The notes under the pieces: generated by a model
Told to the model about the DNA's origin: nothing
Database searches by the model: none
What the model saw: only the letters and a program-made list of their open reading frames with translations
Made by a program: the position numbers and the translations under genes
Origin: a virus
Taxonomy: Duplodnaviria > Heunggongvirae > Uroviricota > Caudoviricetes
IMG/VR virus record: IMGVR_UViG_2541047760_000006
Reading direction: 5' to 3' (one strand)
Length of the DNA: 40,445 bases
Part shown: positions 1 through 7,908 of the stretch, in pieces
Layout: each line of letters begins with the position of its first letter
How positions within the stretch are numbered: the stretch's first letter is position 1

Positions 1-183
1 GGCTGGGCCATACTCCTCCGGCAGAAGCAGAAAAAGCTTATTATGCTTCCATCGGAAACGATGATCTGGCAGCCTGAGTTCACAGATAAAACACTCTCCA
101 GGAAACCCGGGGCGGTTCACTTCGTCTGTTTCTACTGGTATTGGCACAAACCTGACTCCAATTTGAGCAAGGCTATGTGCCAT
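1..183 (-). CDS. hypothetical early-left protein, N-terminal part only (runs off window start)
   Basis: ATG at 181-183 on the minus strand opens a frame (MAHSLAQIGVRFVPIPVETDEV...) with no stop before position 1. Sits just downstream of orf60a in the pL operon. No family recognised. Confidence 0.3.
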   Translation of the reverse strand, partial: MAHSLAQIGVRFVPIPVETDEVNRPGFPGECFICELRLPDHRFRWKHNKLFLLLPEEYGPA

Positions 184-197
184 CTCAATACTCGTTC

Positions 198-386
198 TTA
201 ACTCAACAGGAGATGCTTTGTGCATACCGCCTCCCGTTTATTATTTATCTTCTCAGCCAGCCGCTGTGCTTTCAGTGGATTTCTGATAACAGAAAGGCCG
301 GGAAATACCCAGCCTCGCTTTGTAACGGAGTAGACGAAAGTGATCGCGCCTACCCGGATATTATCGTGAGGATGCGTCATCGCCAT
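198..386 (-). CDS. lambda orf60a-like small protein
   Basis: 62-aa translation [33 protein letters not shown]... is near-identical to lambda orf60a as I recall it; lies immediately downstream of exo. Confidence 0.75.
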   Translation of the reverse strand: MAMTHPHDNIRVGAITFVYSVTKRGWVFPGLSVIRNPLKAQRLAEKINNKREAVCTKHLLLS

Positions 387-1057
387 TGCTCCCCAAATAC
401 AAAACTAATTTCAGCCAGTGCCTCGTCCATTTTTTCGATGAACTCCGGCACCATCTCGTCAAAACTCGCCATGTACTTTTCATCCCGCTCAACCACGACA
501 TAATGCAGTCCTTCACGCTTCATACGCGGGTCATAGTTGGCAAAGTACCAGGCATCTTTTCGCGTCACCCACATGCTGTACTGCACCTGGGCCATGTAAG
601 CCGATTTTATGGCCTCGAAACCACCGAGCCGGAACTTCATGAAATCCCGGGAGGTAAACGGGCATTTCAGCTCAAGGCCGTTGCCGTCACTGCATAAACC
701 ATCGGGAGAGCAGGCGGTGCGCATACTTTCGTCGCGATAGATGATCGGGGATTCAGTAACATTCACGCCGGAAGTAAACTCAAACAGGGCTCTGGCGTCG
801 TTCTCGTACTGTTTTCCCCAAGCCAGCGCCTTAGCGTTAACTTCCGGAGCCACACCGGTGCAAACCTCAGCAAGCAGGGTGTGGAAGTAGGACATTTTCA
901 TGTCAGGCCATTTCTTTCCGGAGCGGGGTTTTGCTATCACGTTGTGAACTTCTGAAGCGGTGATGACGCCGAGCCGTAATTTGTGCCATGCATCATCCCC
1001 CTGTTCGACAGCTCTCACGTCGATCCCGGTACGCTGCAGGATAATGTCCGGTGTCAT
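377..1057 (-). CDS. exo: lambda exonuclease (Red-alpha)
   Basis: 226-aa translation [40 protein letters not shown]... matches lambda Exo almost residue for residue. Confidence 0.97.
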   Translation of the reverse strand: MTPDIILQRTGIDVRAVEQGDDAWHKLRLGVITASEVHNVIAKPRSGKKWPDMKMSYFHTLLAEVCTGVAPEVNAKALAWGKQYENDARALFEFTSGVNVTESPIIYRDESMRTACSPDGLCSDGNGLELKCPFTSRDFMKFRLGGFEAIKSAYMAQVQYSMWVTRKDAWYFANYDPRMKREGLHYVVVERDEKYMASFDEMVPEFIEKMDEALAEISFVFGEQWR

Positions 1058-1839
1058 GCTGCCACCTTCTGCTCAGTGGCTTTCTGTTTCAGGAATCCAA
1101 GAGCTTTCACTGCTTCGGCCTGTGTCAGTTCTGACGATGCGCGAATGTCGCGGCGAAATATCTGGGAACAGAGCGGCAATAAGTCGTCATCCCATGTTTT
1201 ATCCAGGGCGATCAGCAGAGTGTTAATCTCCTGCATGGTTTCATCGTTAACCGGAGTGATGTCGCGTTCCGGCTGACGTTCTGCAGTGTATGCGGTATTT
1301 TCGACAATGCGCTCGGCTTCATCCTTGTCATAGATACCAGCAAATCCGAAGGCGAGACGGGCACACTGAATCATGGCTTTATGCCGTAACATCCGTTTGG
1401 GATGCGACTGCCACGGCCCCGTGATTTCTCTGCCTTCGCGGGTTTTGAATGGTTCGCGGCGGCATTCATCCATCCACTCGGTAACGCAGATCGGATGATT
1501 GCGGTCTTTGCGGTAAATCCGGCATGTACATGATTCATTGTCCTGCTCAAAGTCCATACCATCAAACTGCTGGTTTTCATTGATGATGCGGGACCAGCCA
1601 TCAACGCCCACCACCGGAACAATGCCGTTCTGCTTATCAGGGAAGGCGTAAATTTCTTTCGTCCACGGATTAAGGCCGTACTGGTTGGCGACGATCAACA
1701 ATGCGATGAACTGCGCATCGCTGGCATCACCTTTAAATGCCGTCTGGCGAAGAGTGGTGATCAGTTCCTGTGGGTCGACAGAATCCATGCCGACACGTTC
1801 AGCCAGCTTCCCTGCCAGCGTTGCGAGTGCTGTACTCAT
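1054..1839 (-). CDS. bet: Red-beta single-strand annealing protein
   Basis: 261-aa translation [38 protein letters not shown]... is lambda Bet; start overlaps the end of... exo lies directly downstream with a 4-nt overlap. Confidence 0.97.
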   Translation of the reverse strand: MSTALATLAGKLAERVGMDSVDPQELITTLRQTAFKGDASDAQFIALLIVANQYGLNPWTKEIYAFPDKQNGIVPVVGVDGWSRIINENQQFDGMDFEQDNESCTCRIYRKDRNHPICVTEWMDECRREPFKTREGREITGPWQSHPKRMLRHKAMIQCARLAFGFAGIYDKDEAERIVENTAYTAERQPERDITPVNDETMQEINTLLIALDKTWDDDLLPLCSQIFRRDIRASSELTQAEAVKALGFLKQKATEQKVAA

Positions 1840-1844
1840 CCGTT

Positions 1845-2141
1845 TTATACCTCTGAATCAATATCAGCCTGATGGTGAGCAATGGTTTCAACTATGTACC
1901 GGATGTGTTCTGCCATGCGCTCCTGAAACTCAACATCGTCATCAAACGCACGGGTAATGGCTTTTTTGCTGGCCCCGTGGCGTTGTAAATGATCGATGCA
2001 TAGCGATTCAAACAGGTGCTGGGGCAGGCCTTTTTCCATGTCGTCTGCCAGTTCTGCCTCTTTCTCTTCACGGGCGATCTGCTGGTAGTGACGCGCCCAG
2101 CTCTGAGCCTCAAGACGATCCTGAATGTAATAAGCGTTCAT
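1845..2141 (-). CDS. gam: Gam (short GamS form), RecBCD inhibitor
   Basis: 98-aa translation [42 protein letters not shown]... equals the C-terminal 98 aa of lambda Gam. Confidence 0.95.
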   Translation of the reverse strand: MNAYYIQDRLEAQSWARHYQQIAREEKEAELADDMEKGLPQHLFESLCIDHLQRHGASKKAITRAFDDDVEFQERMAEHIRYIVETIAHHQADIDSEV

Positions 2142-2216
2142 GGCTGAACTCCTGAAAATGGCTGTGAAAATATCGCCCGCGAAATGCCAGGCTGATTAGG
2201 AAAACAGGAAAGGGGG

Positions 2217-2360
2217 TTAGTGAATGCTTTTGCTTGATCTCAGTTTCAGTATTAATATCCATTTTTTATAAGCGTCGACGGCCTCACGAAACATCTTTTC
2301 ATCGCCAATAAAAGTGGCGATAGTGAATTTAGTCTGGATAGCCATAATTGTTTGATCCAT
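2217..2360 (-). CDS. kil: Kil host-killing protein (FtsZ inhibitor)
   Basis: Internal ATG of the 2217..2486 ORF gives [47 protein letters not shown] (47 aa), matching lambda Kil. Confidence 0.85.
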   Translation of the reverse strand: MDQTIMAIQTKFTIATFIGDEKMFREAVDAYKKWILILKLRSSKSIH

Positions 2361-2493
2361 TTTTTGGGACTCCTGGCTGATTAAGTATGTCGATAAGGCG
2401 TTTCCATCCGTCACGTAATTTACGGGTGATTCGTTCAAGTAAAGATTCGGAAGGGCAGCCAGCAACAGGCCACCCTGCAATGGCATATTGCAT
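2329..2493 (-). CDS. cIII: cIII (FtsH protease inhibitor, stabilises cII)
   Basis: Not in the ORF track (54 aa). Reverse complement of 2401-2493 reads ATG CAA TAT GCC ATT GCA GGG TGG CCT... = MQYAIAGWPVAGCPSESLLERITRKLRD..., the lambda cIII sequence; stop at 2329-2331 overlaps the kil start. Confidence 0.85.
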   Translation of the reverse strand: MQYAIAGWPVAGCPSESLLERITRKLRDGWKRLIDILNQPGVPKNGSNNYGYPD

Positions 2494-2565
2494 GGTGTGC
2501 TCCTTATTTATACATAACGAAAAACGCCTCGAGTGAAGCGTAATTGGTATGCGGTAACGCCGCGC

Positions 2566-2934
2566 TCAGGCGGCCTTGATAGTCATATCATCTGAATCAA
2601 ATATTCCTGATGTATCGATATCGGTAATTCTTATTCCTTCACTACCATCCATTGGAGGCCATCCTTCCTGACCATTTCCATCATTCCAGTCGAACTCACA
2701 CACAACACCATATGCATTTAAGTCGCTTGAAATTGCTATAAGCAGAGCATGTTGCGCCAGCATGATTAATACAGCATTTAATACAGAGCCGTGTTTATTG
2801 AGTCGGTATTCAGAGTCTGACCAGAAATTATTAATCTGGTGAAGTTTTTCCTCTGTCATTACGTCATGGTCAATTTCAATTTCTATTGATGCTTTCCAGT
2901 CGTAATCAATGATGTATTTTTTGATGTTTGACAT
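2566..2934 (-). CDS. ea10: lambda Ea10-like early protein
   Basis: 122-aa translation MSNIKKYIIDYDWKASIEIEIDHDVMTEEKLHQINNFWSD... matches lambda ea10 as recalled; same position between cIII and ral. Confidence 0.88.
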   Translation of the reverse strand: MSNIKKYIIDYDWKASIEIEIDHDVMTEEKLHQINNFWSDSEYRLNKHGSVLNAVLIMLAQHALLIAISSDLNAYGVVCEFDWNDGNGQEGWPPMDGSEGIRITDIDTSGIFDSDDMTIKAA

Positions 2935-2952
2935 CTATTCATATCCTCATAG

Positions 2953-2980
2953 ATAAAAAATCGCCCTCACACTGGAGGGC
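2953..2980 (-). terminator. candidate rho-independent terminator in the pL operon
   Basis: Inverted repeat gccctc/gagggc (2963-2968 / 2975-2980); on the minus strand the stem is followed by a U-run (plus-strand aaaaaa at 2955-2960). Lies between ral and ea10. Confidence 0.5.
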
Positions 2981-3116
2981 AAAGAAGATTTCCAATAATC
3001 AGAACAAGTCGGCTCCTGTTTAGTTACGAGCGACATTGCTCCGTGTATTCACTCGTTGGAATGAATACACAGTGCAGTGTTTATTCTGTTATTTATGCCA
3101 AAAATAAAGGCCACTA

Positions 3117-3317
3117 TCAGGCAGCTTTGTTGTTCTGTTTACCAAGTTCTCTGGCAATCATTGCCGTCGTTCGTATTGCCCATTTATCGACATATTTCCC
3201 ATCTTCCATTACAGGAAACATTTCTTCAGGCTTAACCATGCATTCCGATTGCAGCTTGCATCCATTGCATCGTTTGAATTGTCCACACCATTGATTTGTA
3301 TCAATAGTCGTAGTCAT
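3117..3317 (-). CDS. ral: Ral restriction-alleviation protein
   Basis: 66-aa translation MTTTIDTNQWCGQFKRCNGCKLQSECMVKPEEMFPVMEDGKYVDKWAIRTTAMIARELGKQNNKAA matches lambda Ral. Confidence 0.95.
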   Translation of the reverse strand: MTTTIDTNQWCGQFKRCNGCKLQSECMVKPEEMFPVMEDGKYVDKWAIRTTAMIARELGKQNNKAA

Positions 3318-3387
3318 ACGGATAGTCCTGGTATTGTTCCATCACATCTTGAGGATGCTCTTCGAACTCTTCAAATTCTTCTTCCAT
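3301..3387 (-). CDS. orf28-like acidic micro-protein
   Basis: Not in the ORF track. Reverse complement from 3387 reads MEEEFEEFEEHPQDVMEQYQDYPYDYDY with a stop overlapping the ral start, at the position of lambda orf28. Confidence 0.45.
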   Translation of the reverse strand: MEEEFEEFEEHPQDVMEQYQDYPYDYDY

Positions 3388-3530
3388 ATATCACCTTAAA
3401 TAGTGGATTGCGGTAGTAAAGATTGTGCCTGTCTTTTAACCACATCAGGCTCGGTGGTTCTCGTGTACCCCTACAACGAGAAATCGGATAAACTCTATTC
3501 ACCCCTACAGAGAGCAAAAGAGAAACGCCG

Positions 3531-4112
3531 ATGAACAACTCATGGTGGCAGGAACTAATGCATTTTTTCCTGCAAGGAATGACACTTAAACAGTTGATTC
3601 ATATGCTAATCATCCTGATCATATTGATTATTGTTATGCCGGTAAGCGTAAAAGAATGGATAAACCTGCATAGTCCAGAAATCCTTCCTCATTACTGGAT
3701 GTATTACATCCTGTTGTTTTGCGTTAGCTATGTGCTTAACGGCGTTGTTAATTCCGCTTATCACGCTGTGACTGAAAGAATTGAGGTATTCGCTGCTCAG
3801 AAGCGCAAATCTAAAGAAGAAAAATATGTGCAAGATTTGTTTGATTCGTTAACTCTTGGAGAAAGAGCGTATTTGGCATTCGCTGTAGCCGCTAATAACC
3901 AGCTACAAACGGAAAAGGGCGCTCATGAATCAATTTCATTGCTCAAAAAAGGACTCCTCGTTCGAAGGCCTCCTGCTGTTGGATATCCTGATACCGACCG
4001 TTTCGTTATCCCTGAAAGCTATAGACATGAGTGCTACATTAGGTTTGCCGGGAAGGCAGACAGCCTTATGGATGAACTTATCGCTCAGGATAAGCATGGC
4101 AAAAACAAGTAA
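3531..4112 (+). CDS. sieB: SieB superinfection-exclusion (abortive infection) protein
   Basis: 193-aa translation MNNSWWQELMHFFLQG... with hydrophobic N-terminal segments; lambda sieB-like in sequence, size and opposite-strand position between ral and N. ATG at 3531 follows an aaagag purine stretch. Confidence 0.85.
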   Translation: MNNSWWQELMHFFLQGMTLKQLIHMLIILIILIIVMPVSVKEWINLHSPEILPHYWMYYILLFCVSYVLNGVVNSAYHAVTERIEVFAAQKRKSKEEKYVQDLFDSLTLGERAYLAFAVAANNQLQTEKGAHESISLLKKGLLVRRPPAVGYPDTDRFVIPESYRHECYIRFAGKADSLMDELIAQDKHGKNK

Positions 4113-4128
4113 TTAGCAAATGAATTTA

Positions 4129-4401
4129 TCATCTCGCCGTCAGTTGTTTTGATTTCCGGTAGCCTGCCGCGTAAAGAGCTACGTTCGGAAGACAAGTTGA
4201 ACCTTCATATTTTCTGGTCAACGTTGTCAGAGTTATCACTTCTGCTCTCATTGCTGGTTTGAGCTTGCATTGCAAGACCACTCGTGAAGGGGTTGGCCTG
4301 TGTAGCTTGTCGGAGCTGATCGCCTCCTGACTTTGCAGATTTGCGCGACGAGCTCTACGGCGAGAAGCTGCGGTGCCTTTAAATTCTGTTTTTCTGGACA
4401 T
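4129..4401 (-). CDS. N: N-type transcription antiterminator (P22 gene 24-like)
   Basis: Internal ATG at 4399-4401 gives MSRKTEFKGTAASRRRARRANLQSQ... with an Arg-rich RNA-binding motif and a C-terminus ...VALYAAGYRKSKQLTAR close to P22 gp24. Unlike lambda N. First gene downstream of the putative pL. Confidence 0.85.
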   Translation of the reverse strand: MSRKTEFKGTAASRRRARRANLQSQEAISSDKLHRPTPSRVVLQCKLKPAMRAEVITLTTLTRKYEGSTCLPNVALYAAGYRKSKQLTAR

Positions 4402-4500
4402 GGATTCCTCCCGAATAAACTTTGGCGATGCAATCTCGAAGCTCCTCCTGAGACGGTTGCTTCGGCATTGCATCCCACAGCTTATGTGGTTGGGTGATCT

Positions 4501-4548
4501 GGCTTTTCAGCCACGTAGTCGAGAGTCGACGTTGTTTAAAGAGCCTGC
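4501..4548 (-). promoter_or_regulatory. nutL: nutL candidate (boxA + boxB)
   Basis: On the minus strand: boxA-like GGCTCTTTAAACAAC (plus 4534-4548) followed about 25 nt later by GGCTGAAAAGCC (plus 4501-4512). The decamer GCTGAAAAGC also occurs in the nutR candidate. Confidence 0.55.
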
Positions 4549-4593
4549 CAGTCTGTTCCATTTGGCTTCCAGCGTCCTGCTGACGGTTAAATA

Positions 4594-4680
4594 GTACGAT
4601 ATGTACTTTACAAGATCAATACAATTTGTTGTAAGTTGGCGTGGTTTTTTATAACGCTTTGTATTTAATAGTGTTGTTTT
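4594..4680 (-). promoter_or_regulatory. pL / oL operator-promoter region (candidate)
   Basis: AT-rich interval upstream of N containing palindromes AGTACGATATGTACT and TACAATTTGTTGTA, which share TACA/TGTA half-sites with the cI-cro intergenic region. Confidence 0.45.
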
Positions 4681-4805
4681 TTAGCGTGGATGTATTGCCT
4701 CGGCGATGTAAGGAGAGATCAGAATTGCGTGGTTTAGTGGGTTGCATCTATTTATTTTTCAATAAATATAATTGGTTATGTGTTTTTAGGTGGGCGAACG
4801 TGAGG

Positions 4806-4834
4806 CAAAGAAAACCCGGCGCTGAGGCCGGGTT
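4806..4834 (-). terminator. rho-independent terminator closing the cI-cassette transcript (tIMM analogue)
   Basis: Stem acccggc/gccgggt with loop gctgag (4814-4834); on the minus strand it is followed by a U-rich run (plus aaagaaaa 4806-4813). Immediately 3' of the 4838 stop. Confidence 0.55.
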
Positions 4835-4837
4835 GTA

Positions 4838-5590
4838 TTATGCTGCAAGTCTCTTAACCCAAGTCTCTCTTTTGGAGAATGGTAGAACTTGGCTTGATTC
4901 ATGGAAGAGTAAGGAGAGTTGTTGCATTTGATCACCAATTGCTTCGCTGTCTATAACAACAAATCTGTTGTTATACTCCTCACTTGAAGCTTTAAGATCA
5001 ATTAGTTTCCCAAGCAATGAGTAAGCACTATTCCAGCTTCCTCCGTGTTTCACGCTTGATGTAAAAACGTATTTAGGTATGTCGGTTTTTATTGTTACAG
5101 GGACGGTAATTTGATGTCCACTCAAGCCATATACGTTTTCACGAAGAGAAAGTGCGTCTCTAAGCTCTGTGTGATATAGATAATCAATAACCATACTTTC
5201 AAACTTTTCAGCTTGAACTGGCTGATACCAGTCTAACGACAAAGTTGATGCGAGTATACCAGCTCTAATTATGTTCGATGTAATCGCACCGACATCCTTT
5301 TCTGTTGCCCAAGCAATGATTTCTCCTCGAGCATTGAGTTCTGCGCCTTCTTTAAGCAGTAATTGTCGTATCTCATCAAGTCGTTTTTTGGTAAGCGAGA
5401 TCCCTCTTGCCTCCATATTCATTAAGGCATCGCATCTGTCACTAACTAAATACCTACCATTGACTTCACGGATAAAGGCACCGACATGCTCTCCATCATC
5501 ACAGTAAGTGAATGGACTGATAATTCTCAAGGTCTTGCCTATTGGATGGCATTCGAAACCTAGTTGTGAGATCACTGTTGAGCACATCAT
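4838..5590 (-). CDS. hypothetical protein, second gene of the rex-slot cassette
   Basis: 250-aa ORF, MMCSTVISQLGFECHPIGKTLRIISPFTYCDDGEHVGAFIREVNGRYLV..., predicted soluble. ATG overlaps the upstream stop (ATGA), implying translational coupling. No recognisable family; not RexA or RexB. Confidence 0.8.
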   Translation of the reverse strand: MMCSTVISQLGFECHPIGKTLRIISPFTYCDDGEHVGAFIREVNGRYLVSDRCDALMNMEARGISLTKKRLDEIRQLLLKEGAELNARGEIIAWATEKDVGAITSNIIRAGILASTLSLDWYQPVQAEKFESMVIDYLYHTELRDALSLRENVYGLSGHQITVPVTIKTDIPKYVFTSSVKHGGSWNSAYSLLGKLIDLKASSEEYNNRFVVIDSEAIGDQMQQLSLLFHESSQVLPFSKRETWVKRLAA

Positions 5591-6144
5591 ATTCCAAACC
5601 CCATTTGCCCCGACTCATCTTCAAGCGGTAAAGGTATTCTCCCAGAGTAAGTTATGTTCAGATGTTTACAGAAGTAATTCCAATACCCTACCAGGTCATC
5701 TGGGTTTATGTCATCTTCGATTGGAAACGCTATTCTATCACTATAGTATCCAGCTTCTTCATAGTATACATGGTAGTGAGCACCGTAAATGATATCTTGG
5801 TACTTCGGATGATCGACCTTGTAACTATTCGTGTGTTTGTCAAAGTGATAGGTATCTACCGCGAAAACCCTCTTGTTATGATAGAAAGCAATAATATTTA
5901 TTTTAGGGTAAGAAATCGGGTCATCAGGTTCTGAATCCTGATCTGGTTTCCATTTCAGTTCAAACTTTAGCCCTTGTATAGGTATACAATCCTCATCCAA
6001 GGGGATGATATGGGCTTGTAGCCACATATCAGAGCGACTTGGTTTCTGTTTCCATTTAACGCCAGAAAAGTTAACTATTTTTTTACAATAAAGTACTTTA
6101 TCAACTTCTACTTGGCTTGGCTGATAATCATCTATTTTTGCCAA
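5587..6144 (-). CDS. hypothetical protein, first gene of the rex-slot cassette
   Basis: 185-aa ORF, MAKIDDYQPSQVEVDKVLYCKKIVNFSGVKWKQKPS..., His/Tyr-rich segment AHYHVYYEEAGYY. The track start at 6144 is a TTG codon; the true start is uncertain. Begins 40 nt downstream of the cI stop, same strand. AT-rich relative to neighbours. Confidence 0.75.
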   Translation of the reverse strand: MAKIDDYQPSQVEVDKVLYCKKIVNFSGVKWKQKPSRSDMWLQAHIIPLDEDCIPIQGLKFELKWKPDQDSEPDDPISYPKINIIAFYHNKRVFAVDTYHFDKHTNSYKVDHPKYQDIIYGAHYHVYYEEAGYYSDRIAFPIEDDINPDDLVGYWNYFCKHLNITYSGRIPLPLEDESGQMGFGI

Positions 6145-6183
6145 TGTTTACCGCCCTGTAAATTGTAGATAAAAGTGGTTTCA

Positions 6184-6843
6184 TCACCCAAACGTCTCTT
6201 CAGGCCATTGGCTGGCGATAACTTTCCCCACAACGGAACAACTCTCATTGCATGGGATCATTGGGTATTGTGGGTTTAGTGGCTGTAGAAACACCTGACC
6301 GCTATCCCTGATCAGTTTCTTGAAGGTAAATTCATCACCACCAAGTCTGGCTATGCAGAAATCGCCGGGCTCAACAGCTTGCTCAGGGTCAACCAGAATT
6401 AACATCCCGTCAGGAAAGCTGGGTTTGGAACCTGTTGGTGCGGTCATTGAGTTACCTTCAACCTCAAGCCAGAATGCAGAGTCACTGGCTTTTTTGGTTG
6501 TGCTTACCAATCTCTCCGCATCGCCTTTGGTAAAGGTTCTGAGTTCTGGAGAGAACATCCCAGCCTGAACATGAGAAAAAACAGGGTACTCATATTGTTT
6601 TTTAACTGGGGCCGATGAGTATTCGCCAACAGGTGAAAATGTCCCGTCGTGGTTGAATGATATGTTATCAATACCAAGGTATTTAAACACCACACCAATA
6701 TCACTAAGAGATGGATGACGAGATCCGCGCAACCAGTGTCCAATCCCACCCTGCGTCATACCTAGCTCTTCGGCTAACTTCTCTTGAGTTATGCCGAGCT
6801 CTTTCATTCTGGATCTAGCCAGTTCATACCATTTCATTTTCAT
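6184..6843 (-). CDS. cI: CI prophage repressor (HTH DNA-binding domain + LexA-like S24 autocleavage domain)
   Basis: C-terminal ~140 aa ([18 protein letters not shown]...[16 protein letters not shown]) matches the lambda cI C-terminal domain. N-terminal HTH ([37 protein letters not shown]) differs from lambda. Start at 6843 or 6837; the track ORF extends to 6885. Confidence 0.92.
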   Translation of the reverse strand: MKMKWYELARSRMKELGITQEKLAEELGMTQGGIGHWLRGSRHPSLSDIGVVFKYLGIDNISFNHDGTFSPVGEYSSAPVKKQYEYPVFSHVQAGMFSPELRTFTKGDAERLVSTTKKASDSAFWLEVEGNSMTAPTGSKPSFPDGMLILVDPEQAVEPGDFCIARLGGDEFTFKKLIRDSGQVFLQPLNPQYPMIPCNESCSVVGKVIASQWPEETFG

Positions 6844-6954
6844 GTCCTTATTATTACGCTCTGTACTGGAACCATCCATGCACAATGTGTATTTTTACTT
6901 GTATTCGCAAAGTACATATTGTATTTTTTTATTCGTGTTTACTATGGAGGGCAT
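6844..6954. promoter_or_regulatory. divergent pRM / oR / pR control region
   Basis: 111-bp AT-rich interval between divergent cI and cro with repeated TACA..TGTA-type elements (TGCACAATGTGTA, TTACTTGTAT, GTACATATTGTAT) and a ggaggg ribosome-binding site before cro. Confidence 0.6.
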
Positions 6955-7170
6955 ATGAGCAACCTACGAAAATATCGAGAGTCACTGAATATCTCTCAAA
7001 CAACACTTGCTAAGGCAGTTGGATGCACACAGGGAGCTATCGGACATTGGGAATCTGGTCGTCGCTTCCCAGACCTTAAAACATGCCGTGCTCTTGTTGC
7101 GTGCCTAAACAAGTTAGGCGCAAAAGTCAGTCTTGATGACGTGTTCCCGCCGGAACACAAAGCCGCTTAA
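6955..7170 (+). CDS. cro: Cro-type HTH repressor (XRE family)
   Basis: 71-aa product MSNLRKYRESLNISQTTLAKAVGCTQGAIGHWESGRRFPDLKTCRALVACLNKLGAKV... after RBS ggaggg. Recognition helix (TQGAIGHW) parallels the cI HTH (TQGGIGHW). Not lambda Cro. Confidence 0.9.
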   Translation: MSNLRKYRESLNISQTTLAKAVGCTQGAIGHWESGRRFPDLKTCRALVACLNKLGAKVSLDDVFPPEHKAA

Positions 7171-7180
7171 TAAGCGGATC

Positions 7181-7226
7181 CGCTCTTTGTAACAACGGAC
7201 ATTCGTCCTACGTCGCTGAAAAGCGA
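7181..7226 (+). promoter_or_regulatory. nutR: nutR candidate (boxA CGCTCTTT + boxB hairpin)
   Basis: CGCTCTTTGTAACAACGG at 7181-7198 followed by hairpin cGCTGAAAAGCg (7214-7225); the same decamer is found in the nutL candidate. Confidence 0.55.
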
Positions 7227-7255
7227 GTTCCAAGATATCTGACCAACTAAGGCCA

Positions 7256-7273
7256 TATGCGTTTCCACGCATA
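7256..7273 (+). terminator. tR1-position hairpin (candidate rho-dependent terminator region)
   Basis: Inverted repeat atgcgt-ttcc-acgcat between cro and cII with no U-tract; assigned by position only. Confidence 0.3.
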
Positions 7274-7311
7274 CCTTTCAACTAACTATTCACTATTGGA
7301 AATCTTAAGAA

Positions 7312-7611
7312 ATGGAAAGAACAAGTTACAGCAAACTATCACAGCGTGACGTTGATCGCGCAGAAACAGATTTACTTATCAATCTGTCAGCTATTACCCA
7401 GCGCGGTCTGGCAAAGATGATTGGCTGTCATGAATCGAAGATAAGCAGAACGGACTGGAGATTTATTGCTTCGGTCTTGTGTGCTTTCGGAATGGCATCA
7501 GACATCAGTCCGATTAGCAGGGCTTTTAAGTATGCGCTTGATGGACTCACCAATAAAAAACGCCCGGTGTGCAAGACCGAGCGTTCTGATCAAATACAAA
7601 TGGAATTTTAA
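7312..7611 (+). CDS. cII: CII transcriptional activator
   Basis: 99-aa translation ends ...LTNKKRPVCKTERSDQIQMEF, closely matching the lambda cII C-terminus (ILTNKKRPAATERSEQIQMEF). Confidence 0.92.
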   Translation: MERTSYSKLSQRDVDRAETDLLINLSAITQRGLAKMIGCHESKISRTDWRFIASVLCAFGMASDISPISRAFKYALDGLTNKKRPVCKTERSDQIQMEF

Positions 7612-7633
7612 CAACATCCAACGAGGTAATTAT

Positions 7634-7906
7634 ATGCGAAACAAAGGCTTTAATCCACCTGATACACACAAAGAAGCTAAGCGTTTGCGCTTCCTTCGTT
7701 CCATTGATGAAAGAACTCAAATCTCTTTTGTGAAAGTTGCCAGAACTGAGCTTCTGAAGGCTGAGGCGAGGGCGTTGCTCCCGTCTCTGCCAAAAGAGGA
7801 GGGATATACGGCCATTCCAAACGCATTTCTGGAAAAGCTGCTCAAAGAAGACATATCCGTAAGTCAGTTTAACGATGTTCTTAAGGTCTTTCGTCAAGGC
7901 AGGTAG
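7634..7906 (+). CDS. hypothetical protein between cII and the replication initiator
   Basis: Internal ATG at 7634 preceded by gagg; 90-aa product MRNKGFNPPDTHKEAKRLRFLRSIDERTQISFVKVARTELLK...; no family recognised. Confidence 0.55.
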   Translation: MRNKGFNPPDTHKEAKRLRFLRSIDERTQISFVKVARTELLKAEARALLPSLPKEEGYTAIPNAFLEKLLKEDISVSQFNDVLKVFRQGR

Positions 7907-7908
7907 TT

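Noticed and set aside
1371-1622. 83-aa minus-strand ORF in an alternative frame inside bet
   Set aside because: Same strand as bet but out of frame; the bet frame matches a known protein over the whole interval.
3606-3833. 75-aa minus-strand ORF inside sieB
   Set aside because: Antisense to sieB in AT-rich sequence; no support beyond being open.
4373-4931. Plus-strand ORFs 4373..4594 and 4641..4931 in the N / nutL / pL region
   Set aside because: The first is antisense to N and its leader; the second spans the AT-rich operator region and the terminator hairpin and runs into the convergent cassette gene; better explained as regulatory DNA.
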